A stretch of DNA of 64,000 bases. Source: Octopus vulgaris (lineage: Eukaryota). Every line of letters starts with the position of its first letter. Within the stretch, counting starts at the first letter, position 1. The notes under the pieces were generated by a model. The model worked only from the letters and a program-made list of their open reading frames with translations, ran no database searches and was not told the origin of the DNA. Of the stretch, positions 1 to 13,253 are shown in pieces. Made by a program: the position numbers and the translations under genes. The stretch spans positions 38,192,001-38,256,000 of the forward strand of contig OX597834.1 of assembly GCA_951406725.2 (NCBI GenBank). Reading direction: 5' to 3'.

Positions 1-858
1 TGGGACCCCCGACAAAAAGAGATCCAGTTTAGTTTTAAAGGAACCCACATCCACACCATGCAAGTCTCTTAGGCATTTAGGGAGGATGTTGAAGAGCTGC
101 GGTCCTCTGAAACCCAAGCTGTTGCAGTATCTGGTCCTATATTTTGATGGTGATGTTGGAATCTTTGGCACCATGCAGTGGCGCCCCGTTCTGCGGTTGA
201 GGTAACTTTGAATGAAAAAGTTTGGGACAAGTCCCTCCAGGATTTTCCAGATGTATATCACTGCATATCTCTCCCACCTTCACTCTAGGGAGAATAGTTT
301 TAATACTTTCAGTCTTTCCCAGTAGCTGATATGTTGCATTGAGACGATCTTCTTAGTGTAGCTTCTTTGAATTGTTTCGAGTTCTGCTGTTAGCTTTATA
401 TTGTGTGGTGACCATAGATGGGAGCAGTAGTCCAAGCGGCTGAAGACGAAAGTTTCCCAAAGGACTATCAGTGTCTCCTTCTCTCTTGTTCTGAAAGTTT
501 GAAGAATCTATCCAGCTAGCTGTCTGCATTTTATCACCAAATTAGTAATATGCACTTGGAAAGAGGCATCATTGCTCATGTCAATGCCCAGTTCAAGCAC
601 CGATTTTGACTCAGGAATTACAATTCTTCCCGGGCCAGTGTATCCAGTCTGCATGTCGTTTACCTTTGTGTGCCAGTAGCGCAGGGCCTGGAACTTACTT
701 GCATTAAACTGCATGTTGTTGTCCTCAGCCCACCTGTATATTGTATCCAACTCCTGTTGCAGATGTGCAATATTTCCAGGGTTTTGTATTGCTAGCAAGG
801 GCCACTATGAACAGCAGTGGCCCCAAGACAGTGCCCTGTGGAACACCGCTTGTTATTT
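1..858 (-). mobile_element. CR1/L2-type LINE ORF2 (reverse transcriptase C-terminal) remnant
   Basis: SGVPQGTVLGPLLF motif, then after a frameshift LQQELDTIYRWAEDNNMQFNASKFQAL, SRLDYCSHLWSP and YWERLKVLKLFSLE. It has in-frame stops and lacks the YADD segment. It runs off the window edge. Confidence 0.88.
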
Positions 859-866
859 GTGTATAT

Positions 867-950
<84 letters not shown>

Positions 951-981
951 GCACACATACATACATATATATATATATATA
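859..981. repeat. Compound (CA)n/(TA)n microsatellite
   Basis: Directly visible; abuts the truncated end of the LINE. Confidence 0.95.
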
Positions 982-2225
982 TTAACAGAATGAGATAAAA
1001 ATCCAAGGCTGTGAAACATTTCAGAACATCTATAAAGGTCTTACAGCTGTTTCCCTTTTTCCTTTTTTTTTTTGTTTTTGTTTTGTTTGTTTATTGTCAC
1101 CAACATAGAAGATCAGGAAATGCCGGGATTTTAACATTTGGGCAATATTTAATGGATTATCACTCAAATTATTAAGTAACATATTTGATGCCAATTAGGT
1201 TTTAGTGTTGCCTACGTACCTACTCTCATAGTGAAGTCACTAGTGTTACTGTTTGTCAATTATACTTTACTCAAACTTTAAAATGTTAAATATTTGACCC
1301 AACCCTAAAATTGTTTTGGTCTTAGTATTAGAAAAACTTACACAAACAATACTGTGCTGCTTGTTATTGTTTTTTGGCTCTGACTGAGCAGACCCACAAT
1401 AGAAGCTACTTCAGCCATGACCATCCTGTTTTTTTTTGTTTTTTTTCTTAAGACTCTAGGGTATGATTTGCAGAGCATATGGTAGCTATTTCTGCACAGA
1501 AACTTGCTTCAGTTGATTGCTTAAGTAGTTAATTGCAGAAGCAACTGTTCAAATTTTATTTCACTAGTGTCATATTTCTGACCATATTTACTTTAAGTTC
1601 ATCCTGCAGTTTTAAACTTAAATTGTGTGATTTCCTAATCTGGAAAAGATAGGTAGATATAAGAAGGAGATTTTGCTACAGATCTTTTTAATTGTTTGTA
1701 CAATTATGTTAGGCATTGATAAGTGTATATCCCAACTAGTTTTTGAACACTGAATTGCAATAGGAGTCCACCAGAATAAAATAGTAATCAAAAGGTTTCA
1801 TAGATAAAAAAAAAATGGTTGAGAACTCATGAGTTAAATGAACCTTCCTCTATTCCTTCTGTTAGTCTCTCCTTGGAGGCCCTGGAAACTATCATGGGTC
1901 CTGCGCTTCCCTCCCCATGAGATATGATAAAAATACTTCATTCCACTCATACTTTTCACAATCCATCACCTAATCCACCCACACCCACATAATGTCAAAA
2001 TGTCATTCGGTATCTATATACCCTCCCATATGACCCTCTGAAAGTATTGCAGGAACATTCTTCTTTATATATCTATCTATCTATCTACTATATATATCTA
2101 GTTCTCATGTGAAAGTAATTAGACCCACTTTGTACCATCACCATTATATCTGGTCCCTCCTATGCTAAACTCCTCCTATACTAAACTCCTCCTCCTTCCA
2201 AGGTGTAGATAAAGGAAGAATATAG

Positions 2226-2227
<2 letters not shown>

Positions 2228-2283
<56 letters not shown>
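2228..2283. repeat. (TC)n microsatellite
   Basis: Directly visible pure TC run. Confidence 0.95.
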
Positions 2284-2286
<3 letters not shown>

Positions 2287-2434
2287 TTCCAGCATCAACA
2301 GATAAATAGATGAAGGTATGCAAAGGGGAAGGAAGAAAAGAAGAGGTTACCTACAAGTAGCACCCACCAGCACCCAGCCATTAAAATACTCTATTTACTT
2401 CTTTTTCCTCCTCAGTAAGTGGTAAACAAGAATG

Positions 2435-2461
2435 AGGTTAGCAGGTCACTTGACCTATTTT
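2435..2461. promoter_or_regulatory. Candidate nuclear-receptor response element cluster (DR2 + IR2 + RORE/RevRE)
   Basis: AGGTTA gc AGGTCA ct TGACCT atttt. The minus strand reads AAAATAGGTCA, matching the RORE consensus WAWNTRGGTCA. Confidence 0.45.
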
Positions 2462-3072
2462 GTTGGAAGTAACTTAGTTACAATTTATGACTGGTAAACA
2501 CACACATACAGACACAGTGGCATGCACAATTGAAATACAGTTATGCCTTACAGATATATACACACACACATACACAAGTGATCAATAAGTACTCTCTCAC
2601 TCTCTCTATCACACACATGCATACAAGGTGTGTGTGTGTGTGTGTGTGTATCTTTTCTCTTAATATAGCATAGTGAAAGAACTATCCATTACACACTCCA
2701 CTTAAAGCTAATGACAATTGTAAGGATTAATTATATGCAGAGAAAAATACTATTGTCCTTTTCTTTCCTCTTCTGTGACTTAGTCAAAAACAAATTTTTT
2801 TTTCTCTTGTCTGAGCAGTCAGAGAGGTCCTGTTGCTTGACTTCATAATTGTAGGTCATGAGTTCAATATATAAGTATGTTTGTAGCGTGGGTAGGAAGG
2901 AGAGGCAGATTTTGTTTGTCTCAAAAAATAAAGTAGAACTTTACAGGGTGACTAGGTGACCTCTCTCAATCACCAACAGTCAATGCTATGTGTGCGTGGA
3001 TGTATGTAAAGTGTACACACACATATATATACACAGAAGTTCATTAGTTATATTTATAAATACATACATATA

Positions 3073-3112
<40 letters not shown>

Positions 3113-3118
3113 GTATGA

Positions 3119-3164
<46 letters not shown>

Positions 3165-4100
3165 GCCTTTAGTCAAGCAAATTGACCCCAGGACTTATTC
3201 TTTGTAAGCCTATCAGTCTCTTTTGTCGAACTGCTAAGTTACAGGGATGTAAACACACCAGCATCGGTTGTCAAGTGAATTTGAGGGGACAAACACAGGC
3301 ATAAACGTATGTTTGTGTATGCATCATCATCATAATTTAACATCTCTCTTCATTGATGCATGGGTTGGACTGTGTATGTATGTATAAAACTAATGAAATC
3401 TTCTGCCTGACTAGCTTTCAAATTGAGGATCCTTAAAATCCCAAAAATACATGCTGTGATTCAGTGCGGGGTCATACCCCAAAGTTTAAAAAAGAAAGAA
3501 AAAACATCAACACTTCTTCAGAGTAGCCCCCCCACCCCCACCCAAACACGCATGCATACACATTTTTTTTTTCTTTATGAATGACACACAACTATTTTCA
3601 AATTATCTTAATCTATTTCCCTGACACTATTTTAGTGGGTTTTTCATCCCTCTATTACCTGATTGAGAGCAACTATATTGTGTTCATATGAGCTTGAACT
3701 TTCATTGCCTGTACTTTACTTTTCAGGTTTTTTTGTTTTTGTTTCTTTTTTTCTTTTTTTTCACCCAAACATAACCTTTTACCTAATTTATGTATTTAGA
3801 AGTGGTGGGATTATAACAGCTTTTATTTGGTTAGTTCTTTAGAGTTTAACCTAATTCCATGAAACACCTACATTCTCAAATGTGTATATACACATACATA
3901 GCGCTATTAATTCTCCTGTAAATATAGGTTAGTAAAAGTAAATTCAATTTCATTGAATTTCTCAGATTTTATTGCTAGAATATTTTCAATATTTGTACAT
4001 TTGAAGGTGAATTCGCTGGTGTAAAGGTAACACACTTAGTAGCTTTAACAAAGGGACGTGGGATCGATTCCCACACGGATGACAAAGCTTTCTTTTTAAT

Positions 4101-4489
4101 AGGGGAAGGAGTGGCTGTGTGGTAAGTAGCTTGCTTACCAACCACATGGTTCCGGGTTCAGTCCCACTGCGTGGCACCTTGGGCAAGTGTCTTCTACTAT
4201 AGCCTCGGGCCGACCAAAGCCTTGTGAGTGGATTTGGTAGATGGAAACTGAAAGAAGCCTGTCATATTTATGTATATATGTTTGTGTGTGTGTGTGTGTG
4301 TTTGTCTCTCCAACATCGCTTGACAACAAATGCTGGTGTGTTTACGTCCCCATAACCTAGCGGTTCAGCAAGAGAGACCGATAGAATAAGTACTAGACTT
4401 ACAAAGAATAAGTCCTGGGGTCGATTTGCTTGACTAAAGGTGGTGCTCCAGCATGGCCGTAGTCAAAATGACTGAAACAAGTAAAAGAG
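4101..4489 (+). mobile_element. Full-length tRNA-derived SINE, family 1 (octopus-type)
   Basis: Pol III A-box TGGCTGTGTGG (4112-4122), B-box GGTTCAGTCCC (4155-4165), internal (TG)n, and tail ...CAGCATGGCCGTAGTCAAAATGACTGAAACAAGTAAAAGAG. Homologous pieces occur at ~3165, 5420, 7905, 12050, 12530, 14390, 22790, 23925, 29672, 40195, 54025 and 63300. Confidence 0.88.
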
Positions 4490-4548
4490 GGAACTTGCAT
4501 ATGCTAACAAGAAAGGGAGGAGGCCATCAATTTTCCCACAAATATTAG

Positions 4549-4768
4549 CCCTTTAGTATTCAGGTTACACTGTCAAATTTAATGCTTATTTATTCACATT
4601 GTTTTGAATTAATCATGCATTATGTTGTAGTTTCAAGATTTCGATTAAGTGATTGCTTATCATTAGGATACTATTGTGGGGTACGTATGAGAGGTGAGAT
4701 CTAGCCATGTTGAACATAAAACAGGTAGAATATTTCACTCTGATACGGATGGTTTCAATGCTAAAGGG
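4549..4768. mobile_element. piggyBac-like MITE (~220 bp)
   Basis: Terminal inverted repeats CCCTTTAGTATT / AATGCTAAAGGG (11/12), flanked by TTAG and TTAA, consistent with a TTAA target site carrying one change. Confidence 0.68.
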
Positions 4769-7700
4769 TTAAATAGTTAACCATATATTTACTCGGTTAT
4801 TAATCATACCTTTTAAACATTCAGTTAAAACATGGCATTAGTGTAATGACCATAACTATAACCACCATTGCTGTTAACATCAGGAGATATAGATTCCTTA
4901 AACTGAAGAAAACCAAATGAAATATAGAATGTAGAGTGGTTTTTGGTCCAAGAGTTGAACTTATTTAGTTCATCTAAATAGAAATTAAACTAGTATCTAA
5001 GAGACAATGAACTGACTACATTAAAAATATACGAAAGACTAACTGGCTTAGCATAATGCAGAAATCAATATCAGTGACCATGTTCAATAATGTCATCTCC
5101 ACGCAGCTCCTTAAATATTTGTGGAACTAAAAGTTTATTACGTAGATTTTGTAAATATGCATTATGCCCCTAATCCAGAGGATAATAGGAAGAACATGAA
5201 TGGTTAACTGTAATGACAAAGGTAGAAATTGAGATCAGATTATGCTTTGGCTAGATTTCACATTACATTTCATGCAGTGTCTTCACTTCAAAGGTTTTAA
5301 TCAATCCTATCTACTTCAGGAATTGTTTCAGTCTTGTATTTATTTTATTGATTGATATTTACCAAATCACTAAGTTATGTATTTTGACGATTATAAATGC
5401 ACCGGCACACACACATACATACACACACCACTTGACATTTTGTGTTGGCTTTTCTTCCTATAACCTAGTGGTTCAGTAAAAAGTGAACTAATAGAATAAA
5501 TACCTAACTTATAATAAGTACTGGGATCAGTTTGATCACTAAACCCATCAAGGTTGTGCCCCAGTATGGCCGCAGTCCAATAACTGAAGGAATAAAATAC
5601 ACATACACACACATATAGCAGCCTTTTTCACAGTTTCCATCTACCAAATTCTACTTATAAGATATTGATTAACCCAAAGCTACAACAGAAGGCAATTGCC
5701 TAAGGTCCACTCAGGAGCCATGTAATTGTAAAGCCATACTTATGCTTTTGCTGTTGTTTTTTTCAGGGCTATTTATGGGTTAAAGACAGGGCAGCATGTA
5801 TGAACCTTTTCAGAGTCTCTGAGACTAGTGTGAGAAAGAACAAAGCTTATCCTCACACAAGAGACCTAGTTGTAATACTTTTAACAGCATGGATTCCCAC
5901 AAAATACACTCAAAGGATCAGACAGTAGTGTTAAACTAGAAACTGTGCACTTGAATATTTAATAACAATGTGATAACCTTGCTGTTCAAAATGGTTTTAA
6001 CTAAAAACCAAAATTATATTGCACACTCAGCTAGCTAATGTAGACTATAATTGATTTATTTTACTTGTTTTACTTTGTGTCACATTTGCTATGTATTTTA
6101 TATACTGGGCAACTCTCAAGGTACTCTCACATTCAAGACTTTAAAACATTGTTTTAATGTGTGTAAAAGTAGGCACCATGTTATTAGACATGGTGTTAGT
6201 GGTGGTAGTTGGGGAAGCCTAGCAAGAACAATAAAACTGAACAGAAAGACTAGAGGTCCAGGGTAGTGGTTGTGGGGTTCAGTGAATAACAGTAAAAGAA
6301 ATGAAGAAATGATAAAACTAAGAGAACAGAAAAATTGAAAAATAAATATAAAAAGAAAAACCAAGTTCATATGTAAAAGCAAGAAGGAGAGTGGAAGAGG
6401 ATGGGGAACAAGATTCTAAATTCCTTCAAGAGGAAATAGCAAAAATAACTCTGGTATGCTTTGTTTCATTCTAGAAAAAAGAAATACAATACCCACTTCA
6501 TACAAACAAACAAGTAAACTTAATTTCTCCATCCATTCAGCTTTTCTTTCTTCATGAACCAGAATCCACCCAAAAAAAGCTACTTACTCAAACACAATTG
6601 TAAAACAATTCCCAAATGTTGATCTTAGTGGGTGTGTGGATAAGCAAACATCTCTCTCTCTCTCTCTCTCACTCTCTTTCTCTCTCCCTCTCTCTCCCTT
6701 TCTCTCTCTCTCTCTCTCTCTCTCCCTTTCTCTTTCTCCCTCTATCTGTCTGTCTATCTTACACAGTGACACAAAATATTCTTAATATGGCTATCAACTA
6801 AAGGGAACCAAATTATCAATCATTTGTTCTAACACCAGTATAAAAGTTGAGTTTGAGATTAAATAGGCTTCCTTCTTGTATGTCTAGAACAAAAGCATCT
6901 CTAATTTACAGCATCATAAACAATTTGAAAAGGGATACACATGTAAAAGTTTGTAGATGAAAGAAAGAGGAAATATTTGAAGTTTCTAATTCGTCAACAC
7001 ATAAGCATTCTCACACATTCAGCTAGGCATTATGGGCCTAATTCCCATGCTATAAATAGAACAAGACAGAGAGGTCACCAATCAACAGATGAAGCTGAAA
7101 CATGAAACTAGACTAGTAACTCTCTCTGTTTTAGTTTTGAACACACACACACACACACACATAATGGAGACTAGTCTGAGAAACAAAGGTAGTCTCCATA
7201 GTGTTATTTTAGAACTGTCAGCGATTTAAAAAAAATAAGGAAAGCTGAATAAGTTAATACTGTCCAGAAATGTAGCAAAATGAGACCAGAAAAAAATGAC
7301 AAACACAGAAAGTTCTAGAAAACGATGGTTTTTGAGAACATCATCTTGGTAGACATAACATAGATATAAAGGTAAGGGGCGTTTTTGATGGACCTTGTCA
7401 AATAGGTTTAGATGAACAACCAGTCATATCCATAACAAAAAAGACACTTTAAGCAGATGGATGTGGCTGCACATATGAAACTGGAATATTGACTGTTTTC
7501 TATTTCATGTTGACATGTACCTACTATTTCATATAGAAATGGAACAGAAAAGTTATCACATTCATAGCTATCCCAGTGACATTACTTTGTTTTATTGTTC
7601 TGATACAGATATTTAAGCTGGTCCCCTAATTTAGATATTAGAATGAATTGAGAAATCAACATTATGCATTGAGAGCTCCAATACTGCACTATATTTCAGC

Positions 7701-8432
7701 AGAACTATATATATACACACACAGTCACAATTACAAGGCAGTATTTTCCTATAACTAGATATGTTTTTCGTGGAAGACAGGAAATGAACAACATGATACA
7801 TATAACATGTCATGTTGTTCATTTACAAGTATTACACACTACTAAGTCAAGGAGACACAAATACACACACACATACAGACAGCTATAGATATGTGTATAT
7901 ACAATGGGCTTCTTTCAGTTTTTGTCTACTAAATCCACTCACAAACTTTAGTTGATCCAGTGCTATAAGTAGAAGATATTTGCCCAAGGTACCATACTGA
8001 GGGTTGACCCTGCAACCACATGGCAGGGAAATTAAATCTCCTTCAAATCACAACCTACCATCTAAGAAAAATGGTTGCAGTGGATAATGTAGTCCATTAC
8101 ATAATATAGAATTCTACCACACTTGAAAAAAGAAGGCAATGTCATAGCAGAAATGGCTTTTATCATAGGTCTACTTGATCAGAGATGACTTGAGGGTAAA
8201 CAACAACAATAGTAAAGTGTATCTTTCCATGATCGCTACAAATAGCTAGGTGAACCAAGCCAGGGAAATTCTGTGAGGGACTTGATGAAGTGTTAGTGAT
8301 AACATACAAGTAAGAATGAGTGTAGAGACTTCATATTCCTGTATGAATTTGAGTGCTGTGGTAATGATCATTCTGTTGAATGCATATCATCAATTCTTAA
8401 TCTTAGAGTAAAAAGTAAAAAAAGTTTGACAT

Positions 8433-8641
8433 TTAAATGAAAACAATCTTATGCAACTTACATATGACTAATTTTTCAGAGTGTAATGTATTTATAGTTC
8501 TCAAGTCTGTTGTTTTCATCATCAGTTGACTAAAAAACGTGGGATCATCAGAGTGGTTGTGCTTGACAAGGGTTTCGAGGGATTTCAGCAAAATATCTTG
8601 AATCTTTTTAATTTGTTCTTCATTTCTCAAGCCTGGACGGT
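8433..8641 (-). CDS. E75: E75-like exon H: LBD helices 9-11 to the stop codon (3' end may be spliced instead)
   Basis: tttgcag|AC CGT CCA GGC; (D)RPGLRNEEQIKK...DLRTINTLHSEKLVICKLHKIVFI*. An internal GTAAGT at 8461 makes the last residues uncertain. Confidence 0.9.
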
Positions 8642-9439
8642 CTGCAAATGAAGAAATAATAGATATGAAATTACACCACACATACAAACAAAAACCATTA
8701 GAGAGGGAAACGAGGACTGAAGTAAAGTGTGCTCAAAAACTAATTGTGAACCAATTAGTAAAACTATTTATTGCTGACATATTAGCCTCAACTTTACTTC
8801 TATGCATGTTTCATTTTGGGGAGACTTCTAAGTGATAGCTTGATTATTGAAAAATAATAGTAAAATCTTCCTTGTATTAAACTCCGCTGTCTTAAAGAAG
8901 GCATCACTGGATAACATATTACAGTTACCCCTAAAGAAATGCATGGTCATAGATTTAATGCTTTTAATTTTAAGATCACCTAATTAAGTTTGCCTTCTTA
9001 CTGTGTTTTTTGTGTAAATGTAGAATAAACTCCAAGACTCCCTCACACCAGTTACGCTAAATGCTAATTTTACAAAAGACTAAGTTCCAGTAAAGGCACC
9101 CAAGATTCAGATAGTGATGTTAAACTAAGCAATGGATTAAGTCTACAAATCAAGAACAAGAATGATTTACTAAATTTCATTAAAAAAGCTTTGGTCAAAC
9201 CTAAGACTAAAGCACTTCTCTAATGATGTGCCATACAGTGGAATTGCCTATATCTATATTTATATAGAAATATAAGAACACAGAGATGAAATAATTGTAT
9301 GAATGAAGTAATTTCTGTCATAAATCATGAGTTTACATCCATTGCATGCATGCAAATATCTGAGTTTAAAAATTTAATTCTTTTCAGTTGCAGATTATTA
9401 TTGACTTGTATCATATGTAAAGCCTTCTGGCTTCACAGA

Positions 9440-9513
9440 CCCCAGCAGAACCGTCCAACCCATGCTAGCATGGAAAACGGACGCTAAATGATGATGATGA
9501 TGATGATGATGAT
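9440..9513 (+). repeat. Retroposon 3' tail (RTE-like) ending in (ATG)n
   Basis: CCGTCCAACCCATGCTAGCATGGAAAACGGACGCTAAATGATGATG. Related copies occur near 3325, 9845, 11362, 14130, 46915, 49597 and 58503. Confidence 0.65.
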
Positions 9514-10027
9514 GTATACTCTGCATTAGCTATGGTAGCACCTATATTAAAACAGCAATACTGAAGTGAACAACCTCTTTGATGCTGGTGGCATGATAAA
9601 ATATGCTAATGACTTGTTATAAAGTGGATGGCAAAAGGAAGAGCATCCAGCTATAAAAACCATGCTAGACAGAAAAAATGTGGGCTTTGCAAATCATGGT
9701 GCTGTCTGTCTAAGAAAAGATTAACCTTGAATAGAAGCTTGTATAGGTAAACTTATAAGGTAAAGAAGGCTCTTTAAACAACTTATAGACAACCAGCACC
9801 AGTAGCATGATAAAGTACACCCAGACCTTAGGTGAGGCAGTGCGGCCAACCTATGTCAGCATAGAAAATGGATATAAGATAATGATGATGATGACGGTGG
9901 GTGCATGTATGTTCTATGAATAGAAACCAGTTTTTAAAACAATCTTTATTATTTTAGTTATGTTAGGTAAATATAAGATAGTGGATAAAAGAGCTCAGTA
10001 AACCATATTATAGAACTGAGTACATAC

Positions 10028-10154
10028 CATGTGAAAAAAGCACAACAGCAGAGAACAAGGCCAATTCATTTTCACTCAAGTTAAGCTTATTAAAATGGTT
10101 AGCAAAATCAAACATGGAATCCAAGAGAAAACCACGTGTACCACAGCCGTTCAT
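10028..10154 (-). CDS. E75: E75-like exon G: LBD helices 7-8
   Basis: tttttttccag|ATG AAC GGC...TCA CAT G|gtatgt; 127 nt; MNGCGTRGFLLDSMFDFANHFNKLNLSENELALFSAVVLFSH. Absent from the ORF track. Confidence 0.93.
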
Positions 10155-12049
10155 CTGGAAAAAAAGAAAAAGACAAAACAAAATTGTAATATGATAAAAT
10201 TTACAAATATGAAAAATGTCTTAGAAACATTGAAACTGTTTTAACTGTTTGTTTTAAAAATATCTAATTACATTCATTCAGTCATGGTGAATTAACAGAA
10301 TAACTAGAGTTATGGAAAAAATGCTATGTAGTATTCAATTCTGCCCCACTTATGATCCAAGTTCAAATCCTGTATAGGTCAATTCTGATTTTCATTCTTC
10401 TTGTGTCAATAAGATAAAATATCAATCAACTACTGGAAATGCTTTTGTAGTCCTAAAATGTATCATAGATTTAAATAGAACTATAAGCATAATTGAAAAA
10501 AAAAACACAGCACAGCTGAAATTATTGCTCAGACAACTAACTATTAGCACTATAATCAAAATGTAAGGAAGACTCGACAAAAAAGCTTGATTTGCTAGAA
10601 ATAACAAAATCCCCCCCCCCCCGCCTCAAATCACACCCTACTATCACAAAAAGAAAGGAACAACACAGACATTATTATCATAGACATACAAAATAGTTGC
10701 AGCTGAAACACTTGATCATACATCCGCTTGATCTGGATTGACCTAAAGCTAAACAATAAAACAAAAACTTCAGCAAGAAAGGGAGAGATACGGATTTAAC
10801 AAAACCCAGCATAGATGGTAAATTTTGTTTTAAAATTTCAACCCAATTAACTTTGAGAGTCACATGGAGTTGAGTCAAGAGGCCTTTGCTGTGCCTTACT
10901 ACCTAAAGCTAAAAATTGTGTCATATCCTGCACTTGACTGCCAGTTGCCTTATTCATAATACTATAAATAAATACAATAGATGGATACGATTTACTTTTG
11001 CAAGTAGTAGCACACTATAGTATTAATAGTGTTGTTTAGTACCAGATCATCTCTGACTGAAGGCATTCTAGCCATAATCACACAATTTTTTTTATATTTA
11101 TGAAGCTACATTATCAAATGCATTTTTTTTTCATTTTCTTTTTAAGACAGCTGGGGGTAAGGCAAAGGAATTTGGCTGTTGTTTACAGCAGGCTGAATGA
11201 CCACATGAGCTCTACCTATTGCAAGAGTTATATCAGCTTGTAAGACTGGGCTCGAATTCTCCACTTCAGTCCCACTTAGTGAGGGATAGGCTTTACCACT
11301 TTGATTTCTCTTTCACATGCACAATATAATGGTCACACATTTATTGATATTCCAAAGACTTATCATCATCATCATTTAATGTCTGTTTTTCATACTGGTA
11401 TGGGTTGGATGGTTTGACAAGGGAGAAGACTACACCAGGCTTCACTCCGTTTTGGCAGGGGTTTTATGGCTCGATACCTCCCTATCACCAACCACCTTAT
11501 TTTTCTTTATGTAGAAAGGATATGAAAAGGCTTCAACATTTTCATGAAAATAACTGCATTAGTAGATGTCGAACACACACCTAAACATATGCTACATGTA
11601 AAAATGATTTTTGTAAATGCATGACCTCAGATTTACAGAGAAGAGATAATGTCTCCATAATATTTTCAAGAATAATAGCAATGCAAATACTATCAAAACC
11701 TTTATGATCAGGAATTGAAACTAAAAAATAGCAGAGAGCATATACTGAAATGAGGCTACCCACAGTGAAAATGTATGTCACAAGCTAATTATCAGCTTTC
11801 TTTAATCTTAATTCTAATCCTAACTGATAACAAATTGCATGCATGGAACATTGGCAAAAATCTAAGAAATCAGTGATGATTTATATCAATAATTAATCTA
11901 TATAGATAGTTAAGTTGAATAATTCGGTTTATCATCTAAAAGCAGAAAAACCTAACATTTCAGAGAGTACCCTTAATAAAATGGTACCTTATAATTTGCA
12001 TGAGAGGTGATGATTAATCAACCCTACATAGTTCACAATGTTGGCTGCT

Positions 12050-12410
12050 TTTATCTTTTATCTTTTACTTGTTTCAGTCAGACTGCAACCATGTTGAGGC
12101 ACTGCTTTGAAGGGTTTTACTCAGTACTTATTATTTTGGGGGGATGGGGCATGTATTTATTTTATCAACCTCTTATGCCAAACTACAGAGACATAAACAA
12201 ACCAATAATGGTTGTCATGCAGTGGTTAGAGGACAAACACAAAGACACACACATACACAACAGGCTTTTTTTCAGTTGTCAACCAAATCTATTCACAATA
12301 CTTTGGTCAGCCTGTGGCTATAGTAGAAGACGCTTAAGCTGCTAAGTAACGGAACTGAACCCAGAACCATGTGATTGTGAAGCAAGCTTCTTATAAAACA
12401 GCCATGTCTG
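12050..12410 (-). mobile_element. SINE family 1, diverged copy
   Basis: Reverse-complement similarity to 4101-4489 (TTTTACTTGTTTCAGTCA...GGCTATAGTAGAAGAC...AGAACCATGTG). Confidence 0.75.
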
Positions 12411-12529
12411 TGCTTCAGTTAATTATTCTAATATTCTATTATCAAAGAGATTAGAATTTTTTTATTATCGGTCTAAGTATTTTAATTTCATTATATACTT
12501 GGCCATATCTATAGCCCTACTGCATTGTT

Positions 12530-12622
12530 AAACTGGACAAGTGTCTTCTACTATAGCCTCAGGCCAACCAAAGTCTTGTGAGTGGATTTGGTAGACGGAA
12601 ACTGAAAGAAGCCTGCCGTATG

Positions 12623-12665
<43 letters not shown>

Positions 12666-12855
12666 ATATATTTGTGTGTTTGTCCCTCCACTATCGCTTG
12701 ATAACCGATCTTGGTCTGTTTACATCCCCATAACTTAGCAAAAGTGACTGATAGAACAAGTACCAGGCTTACAAAGGATAAGTCCAGGGGACGATTTCTT
12801 CAACTAAAAGGCTGTGCTCCAGCATGGCCACAGTCAAAATGACTGAAAAGAGTAA
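12530..12855 (+). mobile_element. SINE family 1, 5'-truncated copy
   Basis: CAAGTGTCTTCTACTATAGCCTC...CAGCATGGCCACAGTCAAAATGACTGAAA matches the 4101-4489 copy. Confidence 0.82.
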
Positions 12856-13253
12856 TGGATAATTTCACTAAGTAAGGGAAATGTATGTGCCAAGCAAACA
12901 TGAAATATAATGACTAGAAAAACTAAGTTAACTTTCTAGTCAATTATGTCCACAGACTATTTTTGATTTCCATTTATAGATATTTACTGAATGAAGAATA
13001 TAAATAAACATCACACAATCTAAAGTTGTTCACTCTTTCTATCACATCTTGCATCATAAGTAAAAACAAAATCAATACATACCTGCATACACACGCACAT
13101 ATACACACATTAATTTCTAATATAGATAGTAGACCTCAAATTTTGAGGCATTTGTATAGTTGATTATTTTATATTATCTACATTGTGAAAGGCAAAGTTA
13201 ACTATGGTAAGAGCCCTACTTCTCCTACCAAGTTACTGCCCTTTATTTAAATG

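Noticed and set aside
2846-2868. TGTAGGTCA as a RORE
   Set aside because: It lacks the -4 A and sits in a decayed tRNA-SINE head resembling ~22990-23015.
4101-4175. tRNA gene
   Set aside because: The A/B boxes belong to a multi-copy SINE head, and there is no cloverleaf.
7591-7596. Minus-strand AATAAA as the E75 poly(A) signal
   Set aside because: The position is plausible, but the hexamer is very common in AT-rich DNA and cannot be distinguished from others.
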